Origin: TPA_inf: Saccharomyces
Lineage: Eukaryota
Assembly: GCA_000146045.2 (NCBI GenBank)
Contig: BK006938.2
Span: 352,001 to 416,000, forward strand
Direction of reading: 5' to 3'
DNA: 64,000 nt
Shown here: piece by piece, positions 23,680 through 33,587 of the stretch
How positions within the stretch are numbered: the stretch's first letter is position 1
How the letters are laid out: each line of letters starts with the position of its first letter
Notes under the pieces: model-generated
Database searches by the model: none
The model's input: only the letters and a program-made list of their open reading frames with translations
Told to the model about the DNA's origin: nothing
Program-made: the position numbers and the translations under genes

Positions 23680-24480
23680 TCATACATCGGCTTGTTCTTG
23701 TTCGGCTTGTTTAAAGAAAAATTGAACGTAATAAAGTTTTGATATAGCATCCCAAAATGTACACTTTTTATTTAATTCATCTACTCCATCGTTATTATTG
23801 TCCATGTCATTGTTTTCGCTGAATAATATTTCGTTTGGAGGTAGCTCAATAGCAATATTTTCAAAGGGTTCATACGCAATAACGAGAAATTTTTTTCCCT
23901 TCTGTTTGGTATCTGATAGCTCTAAACCAGATACAATCCTAATGAGAGGAGGGACTTTAGCCTTATCATCGCTATCGACACTATTTTCTTTGACTTCACT
24001 GCTATAATTTACCTGGATAGCCAAACCTACTGAACCGTTCTTCGGGTTTTTCACGGTAGCTATTTTACAAACAGGGATCGTACCGTTATTCTTTAAAGAT
24101 TGCTTAGCTTCAATTATCTTTTGTTGTTGTCGGAAATCATGAGTTGTTTGGCCTTCTCTCCCTAGAGAACTTTTCTCTATACTGATACCACGCCTTAACA
24201 CATTTAAACCATGTTTTTTACCACCCAAATGCCTTTCAACGCTGGACCACGACATGTGCATTGTATTACATAGTTTACAAACCAGTTTACCGGAATGATT
24301 CTTGTAAATGTACGGATTGGACCTTACTTGATCGTCCTTTTCATCTTGGAAAGTGTACGGGACATTTTCGCCTTTACTAAGTAATGATTCGACTTCTTTC
24401 CTTCGTTGTAAGTTAAACTGAGATTCTGAGGCTATACCACCACCTCCTTTCTTTGACCCAACGCCTTCTAAATAGTTCAT
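23680..24480 (-). CDS. PRP11: PRP11, the SF3a splicing-factor subunit with a matrin-type C2H2 zinc finger, 266 aa.
   Basis: MNYLEGVGSKKGGGGIASESQFNLQRRKEVE... with a U1-like zinc finger (LVCKLCNTMHMSWSSVERHLGGKKH). Confidence 0.9.
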   Translation of the reverse strand: MNYLEGVGSKKGGGGIASESQFNLQRRKEVESLLSKGENVPYTFQDEKDDQVRSNPYIYKNHSGKLVCKLCNTMHMSWSSVERHLGGKKHGLNVLRRGISIEKSSLGREGQTTHDFRQQQKIIEAKQSLKNNGTIPVCKIATVKNPKNGSVGLAIQVNYSSEVKENSVDSDDKAKVPPLIRIVSGLELSDTKQKGKKFLVIAYEPFENIAIELPPNEILFSENNDMDNNNDGVDELNKKCTFWDAISKLYYVQFFFKQAEQEQADV

Positions 24481-24756
24481 TTTGAATGTATGGATGCGTT
24501 AAATGATTTGAATTTGCTGTTCCACCTGCCCTTCTTACATTAAGCTATTTGTGAGAGCCTTGCGTCTTTAGCAGATTTTTTTTTTTCATTTTTTTAGTGA
24601 GATGGGCGGTACATGTAATATTTCACCCGGTACAATGAAAATAGCAGAATGTAAATAATATTTGACTACAATAATTGAAAGGAAAACAAAATTGTTTGCC
24701 ATACTATGTAAATTGATATTAATTTGGCACTTTTAAATTATTAAATTGCCTTCTAC

Positions 24757-26445
24757 TTAGAGGGTTTTGGGATGTTCATCTGATGTAACGACATACACGC
24801 CCTTATCCTTCTCTTGGCATTTAAAGTTCTTGTTCTTCAAATCGTTCCATTTCTTATGCGGAATCGTCCAGCCACATTTTTGGGCTACCATAGCTGCAAT
24901 GTCATCACAGTACCCCAAAAGAGATAAATCAAATTCTGCGTGCTTGACGGGATCACGATTAATCAGGACTTGGGGAACGTGGGAAGGAACCATGTTTACG
25001 ATTTCAGACACTGGCGCTACTTTTAAACTTGTCCCAATGCAAATCAACAAATCACATTCTAAGATATCTTCGCGAATGCTCTTATGAAATTTATTTGGCA
25101 GTGCTTCGCCAAAGAATGTGATATCTGGTTTGAGAACGCCATATGAGTTAAGGATATATGGAGGCCTTTCCGACATTGAACCCTGTGATGCAGCAACACC
25201 TACTTTATTATTATATCCCTCTGGGAAATATTCTCTTCTTTTTTTGTAACAGTACGGGCATAGTGGAAGTTCGAGGTTTCTAATTTTATTAAATATCCTC
25301 TCACCGGGTAGGTTCCAATGGCAGGTAACGCAGGTGGCAGTAGCAAAAGAGCCATGGCACTGCACCAGTTTATCTGTGCTTATTCCCGCATAAGATTCCA
25401 AATTATCAATGTTTTGAGTATAATTTCTCAATAATTTCCCTTTCATTTGTAGCATCTTAATGAAACTATGCAATGGAGAATAAATTTTTTCTGGAGGTAA
25501 AACCATATTGGCAATATTATAGAAAACAGAGGGGTCGTGCATAAATATATTGTAATTGAAAACGTCTTGGGGATCATCGAGCCCCAAATGTTTGATCTTT
25601 GAATAGAACCCCTCAGAAGATCTGAAGTCCGGGATCCCTAATGAAGTTGAAACACCTGCACCAGTCAGGACCAAAATTTTTCTAGCGGTATGTAATTTTT
25701 GAATAAAATGATCAATAGTGAAAAAATTGGATAATCTTAATCTTGTACATAGAACTTTGTTAATTGCTCTTTGCAAATCTTTGATTAGACGAACTGTTTG
25801 CTTTTTTGCCAATGGGTCTTCAACATTTGTGACAGATATTGCACTTCCCAAATCTTGAACACGCTCTTGCGAGTTGATATGGACAATACTGTTGATGGTG
25901 CCGATAAGCGCTTGATCTTTAACTTCAAAGCCTAGCAACTTGATAAGATAGTAAATGTATAACGAGTTCAAATCCTCGGGGAGGTAAGTGTCTAAAAATT
26001 TGTGTGCACCATAGTATTTCAGAAACATTCGAGCATTGAGAGACTCTCGTTTAGTGAAGGAGGGACCATAGAAAATACCATTTGATGGGTTTTTACTGAT
26101 TATGATTGGCCCCTTGGGCGTCTCTGGTTTCAAAACGTCATTGGACATTGACACTACTGAAGCTGCTGACACTGCCAAGGGATCCATGTCATTAGTTGGT
26201 TTGAGCTCCATCGATGCCACTTCTCCGAGCGCAGCTTTAGTGTGCCCAAGTGGATCTGTTGTGTTGGTTTCCCTCAAGGAATCCGGCTGTGCTACTTTTA
26301 TCTTCTTATGTGAAGGTTCATCATTATTTATAATGTCATCGGGTTGTTTTCTGATCGCGTCTTTATCTTGTGTGGGGCTTACTGTATTTGAAACCTTATT
26401 TTCGCTAGTCTTTGATACGGCGTATTTCATATGTGGGATGGTCAT
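24757..26445 (-). CDS. SIR2: SIR2, the NAD+-dependent histone deacetylase (sirtuin), 562 aa.
   Basis: Sirtuin core GAGVSTSLGIPDFRSSEGFY...; Zn-ribbon CxxC...CxxC (ATCVTCHWN...CPYC). The N-terminus is MTIPHMKYAVSKTSENKV. Confidence 0.95.
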   Translation of the reverse strand: MTIPHMKYAVSKTSENKVSNTVSPTQDKDAIRKQPDDIINNDEPSHKKIKVAQPDSLRETNTTDPLGHTKAALGEVASMELKPTNDMDPLAVSAASVVSMSNDVLKPETPKGPIIISKNPSNGIFYGPSFTKRESLNARMFLKYYGAHKFLDTYLPEDLNSLYIYYLIKLLGFEVKDQALIGTINSIVHINSQERVQDLGSAISVTNVEDPLAKKQTVRLIKDLQRAINKVLCTRLRLSNFFTIDHFIQKLHTARKILVLTGAGVSTSLGIPDFRSSEGFYSKIKHLGLDDPQDVFNYNIFMHDPSVFYNIANMVLPPEKIYSPLHSFIKMLQMKGKLLRNYTQNIDNLESYAGISTDKLVQCHGSFATATCVTCHWNLPGERIFNKIRNLELPLCPYCYKKRREYFPEGYNNKVGVAASQGSMSERPPYILNSYGVLKPDITFFGEALPNKFHKSIREDILECDLLICIGTSLKVAPVSEIVNMVPSHVPQVLINRDPVKHAEFDLSLLGYCDDIAAMVAQKCGWTIPHKKWNDLKNKNFKCQEKDKGVYVVTSDEHPKTL

Positions 26446-26873
26446 CCAGCTTTAATGTGCCGATGAGGGAAAAATGGTTTGAATGTGTCTACCGAAGCGA
26501 TGCCTAATTTCTTGAAATACGTGAGAATGGGCTTTACATCTCTTCACTAAATATATTTTTCTTGGGTGGTGAAAAAGACAAGTCTTTCAAACTATGCGAC
26601 CTAGAAAAAAAATATTTTACCGCAACTGGCGGCCAAAGAGGACAAAGAAAAATTCCTCGTTTTTTCTCTGAGATGGGAAAGCAAGAATTTTGGCAAGAAA
26701 AGGTCCTGGCTGTCCTGGACCATGGTTGGAAGGAGTGCTAGATGTAGCTTGGAAAAGAAATGACCTATAACAATGTATCTTTTATGAGCATATGCGCATG
26801 CATATAAGCATATACATAAAAAATATATACATAAATTAAGTAAGAGTTAATTGACACATTGAGGAGTTGCAGG

Positions 26874-29438
26874 CTACAAGTAATACTGTAGAATTTCGTT
26901 CTGGGAGTGAGGCTCCAAGGGAGAAAGACTGCTAATAATCATTTCTTTCAAATTAGAGCTTCCGATCGGAACATCATCGCGATAGCGATACAGAAATAGC
27001 AGGCCATTTATATCATTCTTACCGAATTTTTCTTGGTAGAAATTCAGCCAATCGAAGCTATTGTTAGATATTTCGTTTAATGGGAAATTTTCAGAATACT
27101 CTTTTTCAAGGCTCTTCGTGACTACTTTCTTCAAAATTGGATCAAAGGGGGTGTCGTTTCTTGTGGCATGTAACAAAACAATGGCCATACTACCAAATAA
27201 ACCGCTCGTGGTGCCAAATCTCTTAGCGAATTTGTTTAGAGAAGCAAAGCACAAAGCTAACTTTCCAATTCTGTAGTTAAATTCAAAGTCCAAAATATAA
27301 TCCCTTTCGTCTTCTCTGACTTGCATGGAGTAGTTATTATAAAATTCGGTAGCGAAGTCCTCCATTGGAGTGGAGGTTTCAATCAACTTTTCGCCGAATA
27401 CATCGTTATCTTGATCACTCGGATAAGCAGCAACACTCTTGGCTTCAGTTTCTTTCCGTTTGTTCATAGCGGCTGCTTCCTTCTTAGCTTTTTTCTTTTG
27501 GCTGCTACTATTTTGGCCATTATTTTGGATTTCATCTGAATTTTCATCTAAAGAATCGGACTTTCTTTTTAAGCGATCATCATGCATTTGAAAGTAAAGC
27601 TTTGATGCTTCCTTCATTGCGCGAACATACATGGGTTTGGTATAAAGTGCCTTTCCCCATTCTAACATCTCCAGATAGGCTCTTGGCGTACCTTTTCTCA
27701 TACAGTATGAATGGAAATCCAACTGGTCATCTTCGAATTGTTTATAAAACTTTGGAATAGCGTTGAATCTTTTCAGCGCCAAACCTTTATATTTGCGAAC
27801 AAGCCATTGGTTTTCTTTGATATCATTCGCAATTTGTTCGCTTTTATCACTTTCAACCTCTTTTTTTAGCGATGCTAAATCGTCTAATTTCTTTTTTCTA
27901 TCCAGGTATAGTCTATAATAGGCTTCTGCCTGTTCTACGATGAACCAAGAAGCTTCCACAAGGTGTAAGTCCTTAATACCATTAACAGAATCATCGTTTT
28001 TGGTGAAAAGGGACGCGACTTCCACCGCCTTGTCGATATTGTTAGCCCTTAAAAAGTACTTAACCGTTTTACAGTTGATAAATCTATCCTGCAAATCAAG
28101 TTGCCTACCTTCCTCCAAAATTCCAGCCGCTGTGTCCATTAGGCCTAAGTGCTTCAGGATACGTGCCTTGAGGATGTAAAACTCAACTAAAGTTGGGGTG
28201 TGGTCAAGGGCAGCATCAATATATTCTTGGGCTTTCGGAAAATCCTTAAGGAAAAGGAAATGTTGAGACAAGTAATAATTGGTCCAAATAAAAGGAATTG
28301 GATCCTGCGTAGGATCTAATCCGGACAAATAATCAAGGACAATTTTCTCCAATAGTGGTGAAACCTTGGACTTCCTTCTTTGGTAAAGGGGTTTCACGTT
28401 GGAAAAAGTTGCTGGAACACCGCGCTCCAATTGAGGCAAAACATATTCTCTCAATTTTTTGCTGAGCTCTTCTTTGTCTTGAAGGAAAGTTAATGGAATA
28501 AATTTGGGTGGTTCGCATCTTGGATAAAATTGTTCAAGTTTTCCATACAAAGCCTTCTTCAATTTATTGTCACCTTGGATTCCCAAGGATACTTCCAGTA
28601 ATTTGTAGTACTTAAAATTATCTGGATTTCTCTTGATCAGAGTTCTATAAACAATGGACGCGTCTTTCAATTGACCCAATTTCATGTAAATAGTTGCTTT
28701 TCTCTCTAATAAACCAAATTTATCAAAGACGCATGGCTCGATATCATTCAAATGTTTCAATACATTTTGTAACTTGTCTTGGTTATCACTGGCAGCTTTA
28801 TACATAATGTCGTTTTTGTACATTAAACACTCGCTGTGTTCATATTTCTCGGAATCAGATATTTTTCCCTCAGCGAGTTTTTCAAACTGAGATAAAGTGT
28901 TAATAGCTTGTTGCCTCTCACCGTTCACATCTTGTGCCACAGCCAATGATGTCCAGTTGGCACGGTAACCAAGGAATGCTTCCCAATATTTTTTCCTGGA
29001 CACTAAAGCATTTTTGAAATCGCCAATTTGTGATTGCAAAGTTGCTAAGTCTCTATATATTTGCTTGTTAGTGGACCCATTGTTCAAAGCTGCCGTGAAC
29101 CATTTAATAGATTCTTTGTACTCTTTGGTGTTTCTCATGTAGATACCTAATACATGACAGCAGATTGGTGATGCTGAAGCGCCTTCAATTTTTCTGATGG
29201 CATTAGCCACGTAGGAAGCAGCGTCATCTTTCTCACCTACAGAATATAAATCAAGACCCTTTAAAGCCAAGGAATCAACGTGACTACCGTCTTTTTTCAA
29301 AATTGCGTCTAGCAGCTTGAGAGATTTTTTGTATTGCTTCCCTTCGTATAGTTTCAATGCCTCGAGGAACTGGTCATTTTCTTTTTTCAAAGCTATTTTA
29401 GCTGCTGGCTTGGGCTTAGTACTTCTTTTCCTAGACAT
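26874..29438 (-). CDS. NAT1: NAT1, the N-terminal acetyltransferase A (NatA) auxiliary subunit, a TPR-repeat protein, 854 aa.
   Basis: MSRKRSTKPKPAAKIALKKENDQFLEALKLYEGKQYKKSLKLLDAILKKDGSHVDSLALKGL... is TPR-rich throughout. Confidence 0.95.
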   Translation of the reverse strand: MSRKRSTKPKPAAKIALKKENDQFLEALKLYEGKQYKKSLKLLDAILKKDGSHVDSLALKGLDLYSVGEKDDAASYVANAIRKIEGASASPICCHVLGIYMRNTKEYKESIKWFTAALNNGSTNKQIYRDLATLQSQIGDFKNALVSRKKYWEAFLGYRANWTSLAVAQDVNGERQQAINTLSQFEKLAEGKISDSEKYEHSECLMYKNDIMYKAASDNQDKLQNVLKHLNDIEPCVFDKFGLLERKATIYMKLGQLKDASIVYRTLIKRNPDNFKYYKLLEVSLGIQGDNKLKKALYGKLEQFYPRCEPPKFIPLTFLQDKEELSKKLREYVLPQLERGVPATFSNVKPLYQRRKSKVSPLLEKIVLDYLSGLDPTQDPIPFIWTNYYLSQHFLFLKDFPKAQEYIDAALDHTPTLVEFYILKARILKHLGLMDTAAGILEEGRQLDLQDRFINCKTVKYFLRANNIDKAVEVASLFTKNDDSVNGIKDLHLVEASWFIVEQAEAYYRLYLDRKKKLDDLASLKKEVESDKSEQIANDIKENQWLVRKYKGLALKRFNAIPKFYKQFEDDQLDFHSYCMRKGTPRAYLEMLEWGKALYTKPMYVRAMKEASKLYFQMHDDRLKRKSDSLDENSDEIQNNGQNSSSQKKKAKKEAAAMNKRKETEAKSVAAYPSDQDNDVFGEKLIETSTPMEDFATEFYNNYSMQVREDERDYILDFEFNYRIGKLALCFASLNKFAKRFGTTSGLFGSMAIVLLHATRNDTPFDPILKKVVTKSLEKEYSENFPLNEISNNSFDWLNFYQEKFGKNDINGLLFLYRYRDDVPIGSSNLKEMIISSLSPLEPHSQNEILQYYL

Positions 29439-29984
29439 ACTTCGTTAGGGTCAATCGCCTTCCTCAATGGTATTTGTCTTAAACAAGGAATCTGAACATC
29501 ACTTTTTAAAAAGGTTTGACTTTTGAGTGTAGAAACTTTTTCATTTTCGCTCTTTCCTCTTTACTCTGTATTATGTTCTGTTTCGACGCGGAGCAGGGTA
29601 AAAAGTGCATACGCAACCCAGCGACCTCATTAGCAAGGTCATGCAATTTGGTGGCACATTTCAGGCCTATCATGTCTCCAGTTGTACAATAATGAAAATT
29701 TAGCAGTATTCCCCCTTTAAAAGATTAAATAGCGATTATATAATCAACTCAAAGAGTTTCCTTAGCAGTCCTCTCTCAATTTTGAATTGTCGAATGTCAT
29801 GGCGTTCTCGAAGCACTTTGCATACTTCAAGGAGTGGACAGAAAGAGTCTGATAATAATAATTTTTTATTGAATCCGAAGATATTCTATAATCAAATTTA
29901 ACTATTATTCTATGTAAAATCTATAATTGGTTTATATGGTATACGAACGAGAATGGCGTAGGGACATGAAAGATGGTAGAATGA

Positions 29985-32081
29985 CTAAATGAAAGCTAGA
30001 GGAAGAGCGGCAGCGAGCCACACCAATTTTCCTACTGCTTCAATGTTTGCGCTGCCTTCCATGATTAATGAAATGCTGGCAGATGATGTAATGGCTCCTG
30101 TTGATACAGCAGCAATGGAATGCTTTGATGTGATAAATGCGTTAGTAGTGGTGGTCGTGAAGGAATTTGTATAATGAATGGCACTGGATTGACTAGAATA
30201 ATCTTTAGTTGAGGTACCAGAAACACTTTCTAGAGAGGCAGCTGCAGAAATATTGTCCTCAATACTGTGATTCATTACGGAAGCAGTTGATTGAACGTTA
30301 CTTATAGTAGACGTTGATGCAGGAGAAGTCATAAATGCAGATTGTTTGGTGATGGTAGTGTCTTTGGGACCCGAGTAATTTGGGTTCCCAACCTCAGACT
30401 GAATGTTAATGTTTGAAGTTACTAGTGTTGTATGGCGAGTCGAGTCAGTAACTCTACTGACAATATCGGTGACGCTTGCGTGAGCTGATGCATAAGTTCT
30501 ATCTAATGTGATTGGATGAGCTGAGGAAGATGAGCCGACTAAACCATTTTCACTGGCTAGAGTCGTTGGGTCTGCTGAAGTTATGCTAGGATATGAAGAT
30601 TTAGTTGATTGGAATGCGTCAACTACAGAAACAGAACTTTGGGTCTTCGAATCATTGCTGCTAACTGGCATATTAGGCTTGATTATACTTGTTGCGCTTG
30701 ACCTACTCGAGGAAGCCGAATCAACTGGGGTTAAAGTTACAATCGAAGAACTTGAAGTGGCCGAAATTCCTTGCTGTCTAGAAAGGCTTAGACTTTCCGA
30801 CGCAATTGGAATGCCCGTGGAAGTTGATCCGGTCGAAGCTGTTGGATATACTGGGCTATTCGAGACAGCGAAAGTGCTTGGGTCTACTTGAGATCTTTGA
30901 ATGGATGAGACGCTCAAATCAGCTGAACCAGTTGAGGAAACCATATCAGTTAGACTAGATGATACTGTTTGGGTATCTTGGCTGGTTGAAGTGGTTGAAA
31001 CCCTTAGAATGATTGTGTCAGAGAAAGTAGCTAGATCTGTTGAAGTAGTTGGACCACTTGGTCTGGTTGAATAAACTGAGGTTGAACTGACAATAAAACT
31101 GGTTGGTTCAGATGAAGTTGAACTAACTACAGAACTAGCTGGATCAATTGAGGCGCTACTGATGATAGTAGTTGCACCGCTTGAACTAACGATGGAGCTA
31201 ACTGGATCAATTGAAGTAGTTTGAGCCGCTAAAGTAGCTGAACCGTTTGAATTAGCAGAAATAGTCACAGTGCTTGAGCTAGTTGGGTAAGATGAAGTTA
31301 AACTGACAACAGAACTAGCCGGATCAACTGGAGCGGAACTGACTACAGAACTAGTTGGATCAACTGAAGTAGTTTGAACGGTCGAGGTAGTTGAGTCAGC
31401 TGAAGTAGTTGGGTCTGCTGAAGTTGAACTGATAACAGAAGTGGTTGGGTCAACTGAAGTAGCAACGTCACTTGAGCTAGTTTGATCAACTGAGGTTGAA
31501 ATGACTACAGAAGTAGTTGGGTCAACTAAAGTAGTCACAGCGCTTGAACTAGTTGGATCTGCTGAAGTAGCCACGTCACTTGAGCTAGTTGGATCTGTTG
31601 ATGTGGTTACCTCGTCAGAGCTTCTTGTACGATACATACCAGCAACACTTGATGAGGCATGTGGACCAACTGTTGTAGTAGACTCAATTAAAGATGTAGA
31701 GTCCGTGGAAGTGGAAATCACGACAGAGATATTTAGACTTGTTGAAGTAGTAATATCGTTTGAACTGACGAGAGAAGTAGTTGGTTCAATTGAAGTGGTT
31801 TGAACGGTTGAAGTAATCACATCGCTCGAGCTAGTTGGGTCAATTGAAGTGGAACTAACTGCAAAAGTAGTGGAATTGGCCAAAGTGGAATTGCCGATGT
31901 TGTTACTTGGACCAGCTGAAGTGGTTTGAACGGTCGAGGTAGTTGAGTCAGCTGAAGTAGTTGGGTCTGCTGAAGTTGAACTGATAACAGAAGTAGTTGG
32001 GTCAACTGAAGTAGCAACGTCACTTGAGCTAGTTAGATCTGTTGATGTGGTTACCTCGTCAGAGCTTCTTGTACGATACAT
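29985..32081 (-). CDS. PRM7: PRM7, a pheromone-regulated, Ser/Thr-rich, repetitive (flocculin-like) predicted cell-surface protein. It is 698 aa from the first ATG at 32081. The frame stays open a further 159 codons up to 32558 and is in frame with BSC1 across a single TAA.
   Basis: An extremely S/T-rich repeat protein (TTSVDPTTSADP... units). It has a hydrophobic C-terminal tail (LVWLAAALPLAFI), consistent with a TM or GPI signal. The first ATG in the frame is at 32079-32081. Confidence 0.7.
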   Translation of the reverse strand: MYRTRSSDEVTTSTDLTSSSDVATSVDPTTSVISSTSADPTTSADSTTSTVQTTSAGPSNNIGNSTLANSTTFAVSSTSIDPTSSSDVITSTVQTTSIEPTTSLVSSNDITTSTSLNISVVISTSTDSTSLIESTTTVGPHASSSVAGMYRTRSSDEVTTSTDPTSSSDVATSADPTSSSAVTTLVDPTTSVVISTSVDQTSSSDVATSVDPTTSVISSTSADPTTSADSTTSTVQTTSVDPTSSVVSSAPVDPASSVVSLTSSYPTSSSTVTISANSNGSATLAAQTTSIDPVSSIVSSSGATTIISSASIDPASSVVSSTSSEPTSFIVSSTSVYSTRPSGPTTSTDLATFSDTIILRVSTTSTSQDTQTVSSSLTDMVSSTGSADLSVSSIQRSQVDPSTFAVSNSPVYPTASTGSTSTGIPIASESLSLSRQQGISATSSSSIVTLTPVDSASSSRSSATSIIKPNMPVSSNDSKTQSSVSVVDAFQSTKSSYPSITSADPTTLASENGLVGSSSSAHPITLDRTYASAHASVTDIVSRVTDSTRHTTLVTSNINIQSEVGNPNYSGPKDTTITKQSAFMTSPASTSTISNVQSTASVMNHSIEDNISAAASLESVSGTSTKDYSSQSSAIHYTNSFTTTTTNAFITSKHSIAAVSTGAITSSASISLIMEGSANIEAVGKLVWLAAALPLAFI

Positions 32082-32097
32082 AGCCGCTAAACTTGAT
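31366..32097. repeat. Intragenic segmental duplication in PRM7. Copy A (31366-31650) and copy B (31921-32097) are more than 95% identical about 555 bp apart; copy B lacks an internal segment of about 105 bp. A third, diverged relative lies in BSC1 (about 32700-32770).
   Basis: The strings gtttgaacggtcgaggtagttgagtcagctgaagtagttgggtctgctgaagttgaactgataacagaagt and gttgatgtggttacctcgtcagagcttcttgtacgatacata occur in both copies. The protein motif H(A)SSS-A-MYRTRSSDEVTTSTD occurs twice in PRM7 and once, diverged (HTSSSVADIYRSRTSTDVTTL), in BSC1. Confidence 0.85.
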
Positions 32098-32600
32098 GAG
32101 GCGTGTGGATCATCCGATGTAGTATACTCAATTGAAGATGTAGAGTCTGTGGAAGTAGAAATGGTAACAGAGCTACTTGGATCAGCTGGGCTAGTTTGAA
32201 CGGCCGAAGTAGTTGAATCAGCTGGAGTAGTTGGGTTAATTGAAGTAGTCACAGCATTTGAACTAGTTGGGTCTGCTGAACTTGAACTGATAACAGAGCT
32301 ACTTAGATCAGCTGAACTTGAACTGACTACGGAAGTAGTTGGATCAGCTGAAGTAGTTTGAACGGTCGAGGTAGTTGGGTCAGCTGAAGTAGTTGGGTCA
32401 ACTGAAGTAGTTGGATCAACTGAAGTAGAACTGACTATAGAACTAGTTGGGTCAACTGAAGTAGTTGGATCAACAGAAGTAGTTTGAACGGTCGAGGTAG
32501 TTGGATCAGCTGAAGTATTTGGGTCAACTGAAGTAGTTGGGTCAACTGAAGTAGTCACAGCGCTTGAACTAGTTGGGTCTTCTGAACTTGAACTTACTAC

Positions 32601-33587
32601 TTAAGTGGTTGGATCAACAGAAGTAGTTTGAATGGTTGAACTGGTTACATCGCTTGAACTACTAGAGTCACTTGAAGTGAAACTGCTGAAAGGACTAGTT
32701 GAAGCTGCTAATGTGGTGACATCAGTAGATGTTCTTGAACGATAAATATCGGCTACGCTTGATGAAGTATGTGAGTCAACGGAAGTAGTAAAATCAATGG
32801 ATGTAGTGGAAGAGCTTTTCACAGTAGATGACGTAGTAGTGGAAGTTTTCGTAGAGGATGAAGTAGTAGAGGATGAAGTAGTAGAGGATGAAGTAGTAGA
32901 GGATGAAGTAGTAGAGGATGAAGTAGTAGAGGATGAAGTAGTAGAGGATGAAGTAGTAGAGGATGAAGTAGTAGAGGATGAAGTAGTAGAGGATGAAGTA
33001 GTAGAGGATGAAGTAGTAGAGGATGAAGTAGTAGTGGATGAAGTAGTAGTGGATGAAGTAGTAGTGGATGAAGTAGTAATGGATGAAGTAGTAATGGATG
33101 AAGACGAGGCTTTTGTACAAGTGCCATCATTGTTTCCCTTGCACTGGTAGGTCCAATAAAATCCAGGGAAATCCGTTTGTGAGTGGCCTTGATTGTCATA
33201 ATTGTTACAACCTGTCGATAAATCGAAGGTGGTTGTCCCCCATTGCCAAGTTTGCCAGTACTGAGCAGCATCACCTTGTAGATATTCGAACTGGATTTGG
33301 AAATTTGGCATCCAAACTGTGCAACCGTCAGAAGAAGGGTAAGCATAAACCTGAAAAGTGGATGTAAAATCTGTTGGATCACTGATTAGGTATGTCTTCT
33401 CATTTTTGCCGTAAAGTTGTACGGTGCTTGAGGGACCGTTGACACCAATAATCTTTAAAGACCATAAATATTTCAAAGGGATATCTTTTACGGCTTTGAC
33501 ATGAATAGTAATCTGGTATGTGTTATCCTTGACCCATGATACGGAAGTAACATCCATATCATAATGTAGTATATTCTGTTGGCTCAT
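32601..33587 (-). CDS. BSC1: BSC1 (bypass of stop codon), a Flo11-like Ser/Thr-rich protein, 328 aa from the first ATG. It ends at a TAA (32601-32603) immediately followed in frame by the PRM7 frame.
   Basis: MSQQNILHYDMDVTSVSWVKDNTYQ... followed by (STTSS)n tandem repeats. The first ATG is at 33585-33587; the track ORF starts at a TTG at 33710. Confidence 0.7.
   Translation of the reverse strand: MSQQNILHYDMDVTSVSWVKDNTYQITIHVKAVKDIPLKYLWSLKIIGVNGPSSTVQLYGKNEKTYLISDPTDFTSTFQVYAYPSSDGCTVWMPNFQIQFEYLQGDAAQYWQTWQWGTTTFDLSTGCNNYDNQGHSQTDFPGFYWTYQCKGNNDGTCTKASSSSITTSSITTSSTTTSSTTTSSTTTSSSTTSSSTTSSSTTSSSTTSSSTTSSSTTSSSTTSSSTTSSSTTSSSTTSSSTTSSSTKTSTTTSSTVKSSSTTSIDFTTSVDSHTSSSVADIYRSRTSTDVTTLAASTSPFSSFTSSDSSSSSDVTSSTIQTTSVDPTT
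32851..33104. repeat. A perfect-to-near-perfect 15-bp tandem minisatellite inside BSC1 (unit GTAGAGGATGAAGTA). It has about 12 copies of GTAGAGGATGAAGTA, then 3 of GTAGTGGATGAAGTA, then 2 of GTAATGGATGAAGTA. It encodes (STTSS)n on the minus strand.
   Basis: Counted directly from the sequence. The overlapping track ORFs 32794..33120 (YYFIHYYF...) and 32797..33150 (DEVVEDEVVE...) are frame artifacts of this array. Confidence 0.95.

Noticed and set aside
26102-26455. A 117-aa + strand ORF antisense to the SIR2 N-terminus (dubious YDL041W), and similar antisense or overlapping ORFs at 8099..8494 (vs MCH1), 12068..12424 and 12446..12817 (vs LHP1), 41690..42001 (YDL032W-like vs SLM3), 52749..53060 (YDL026W-like), 13509..13772 (vs KNH1) and 27061..28179 (vs NAT1)
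   Set aside because: Each lies wholly inside, and opposite to, a well-supported conserved gene. They have no recognisable domains and are the typical 'dubious ORF' class in yeast.
32851-33104. Possibility that the perfect tandem repeats are a CRISPR array
   Set aside because: The units are contiguous 15-mers with no spacers. They lie inside a eukaryotic protein-coding frame, and the host is a yeast with introns and tRNA introns. It is a coding minisatellite.
32794-33382. ORFs encoding YYFIHYYF..., DEVVEDEVVE... and HPLLLHPLLL... repeats
   Set aside because: These are alternative-frame and opposite-strand readings of the 15-bp minisatellite inside BSC1. They are periodic artefacts, not genes.
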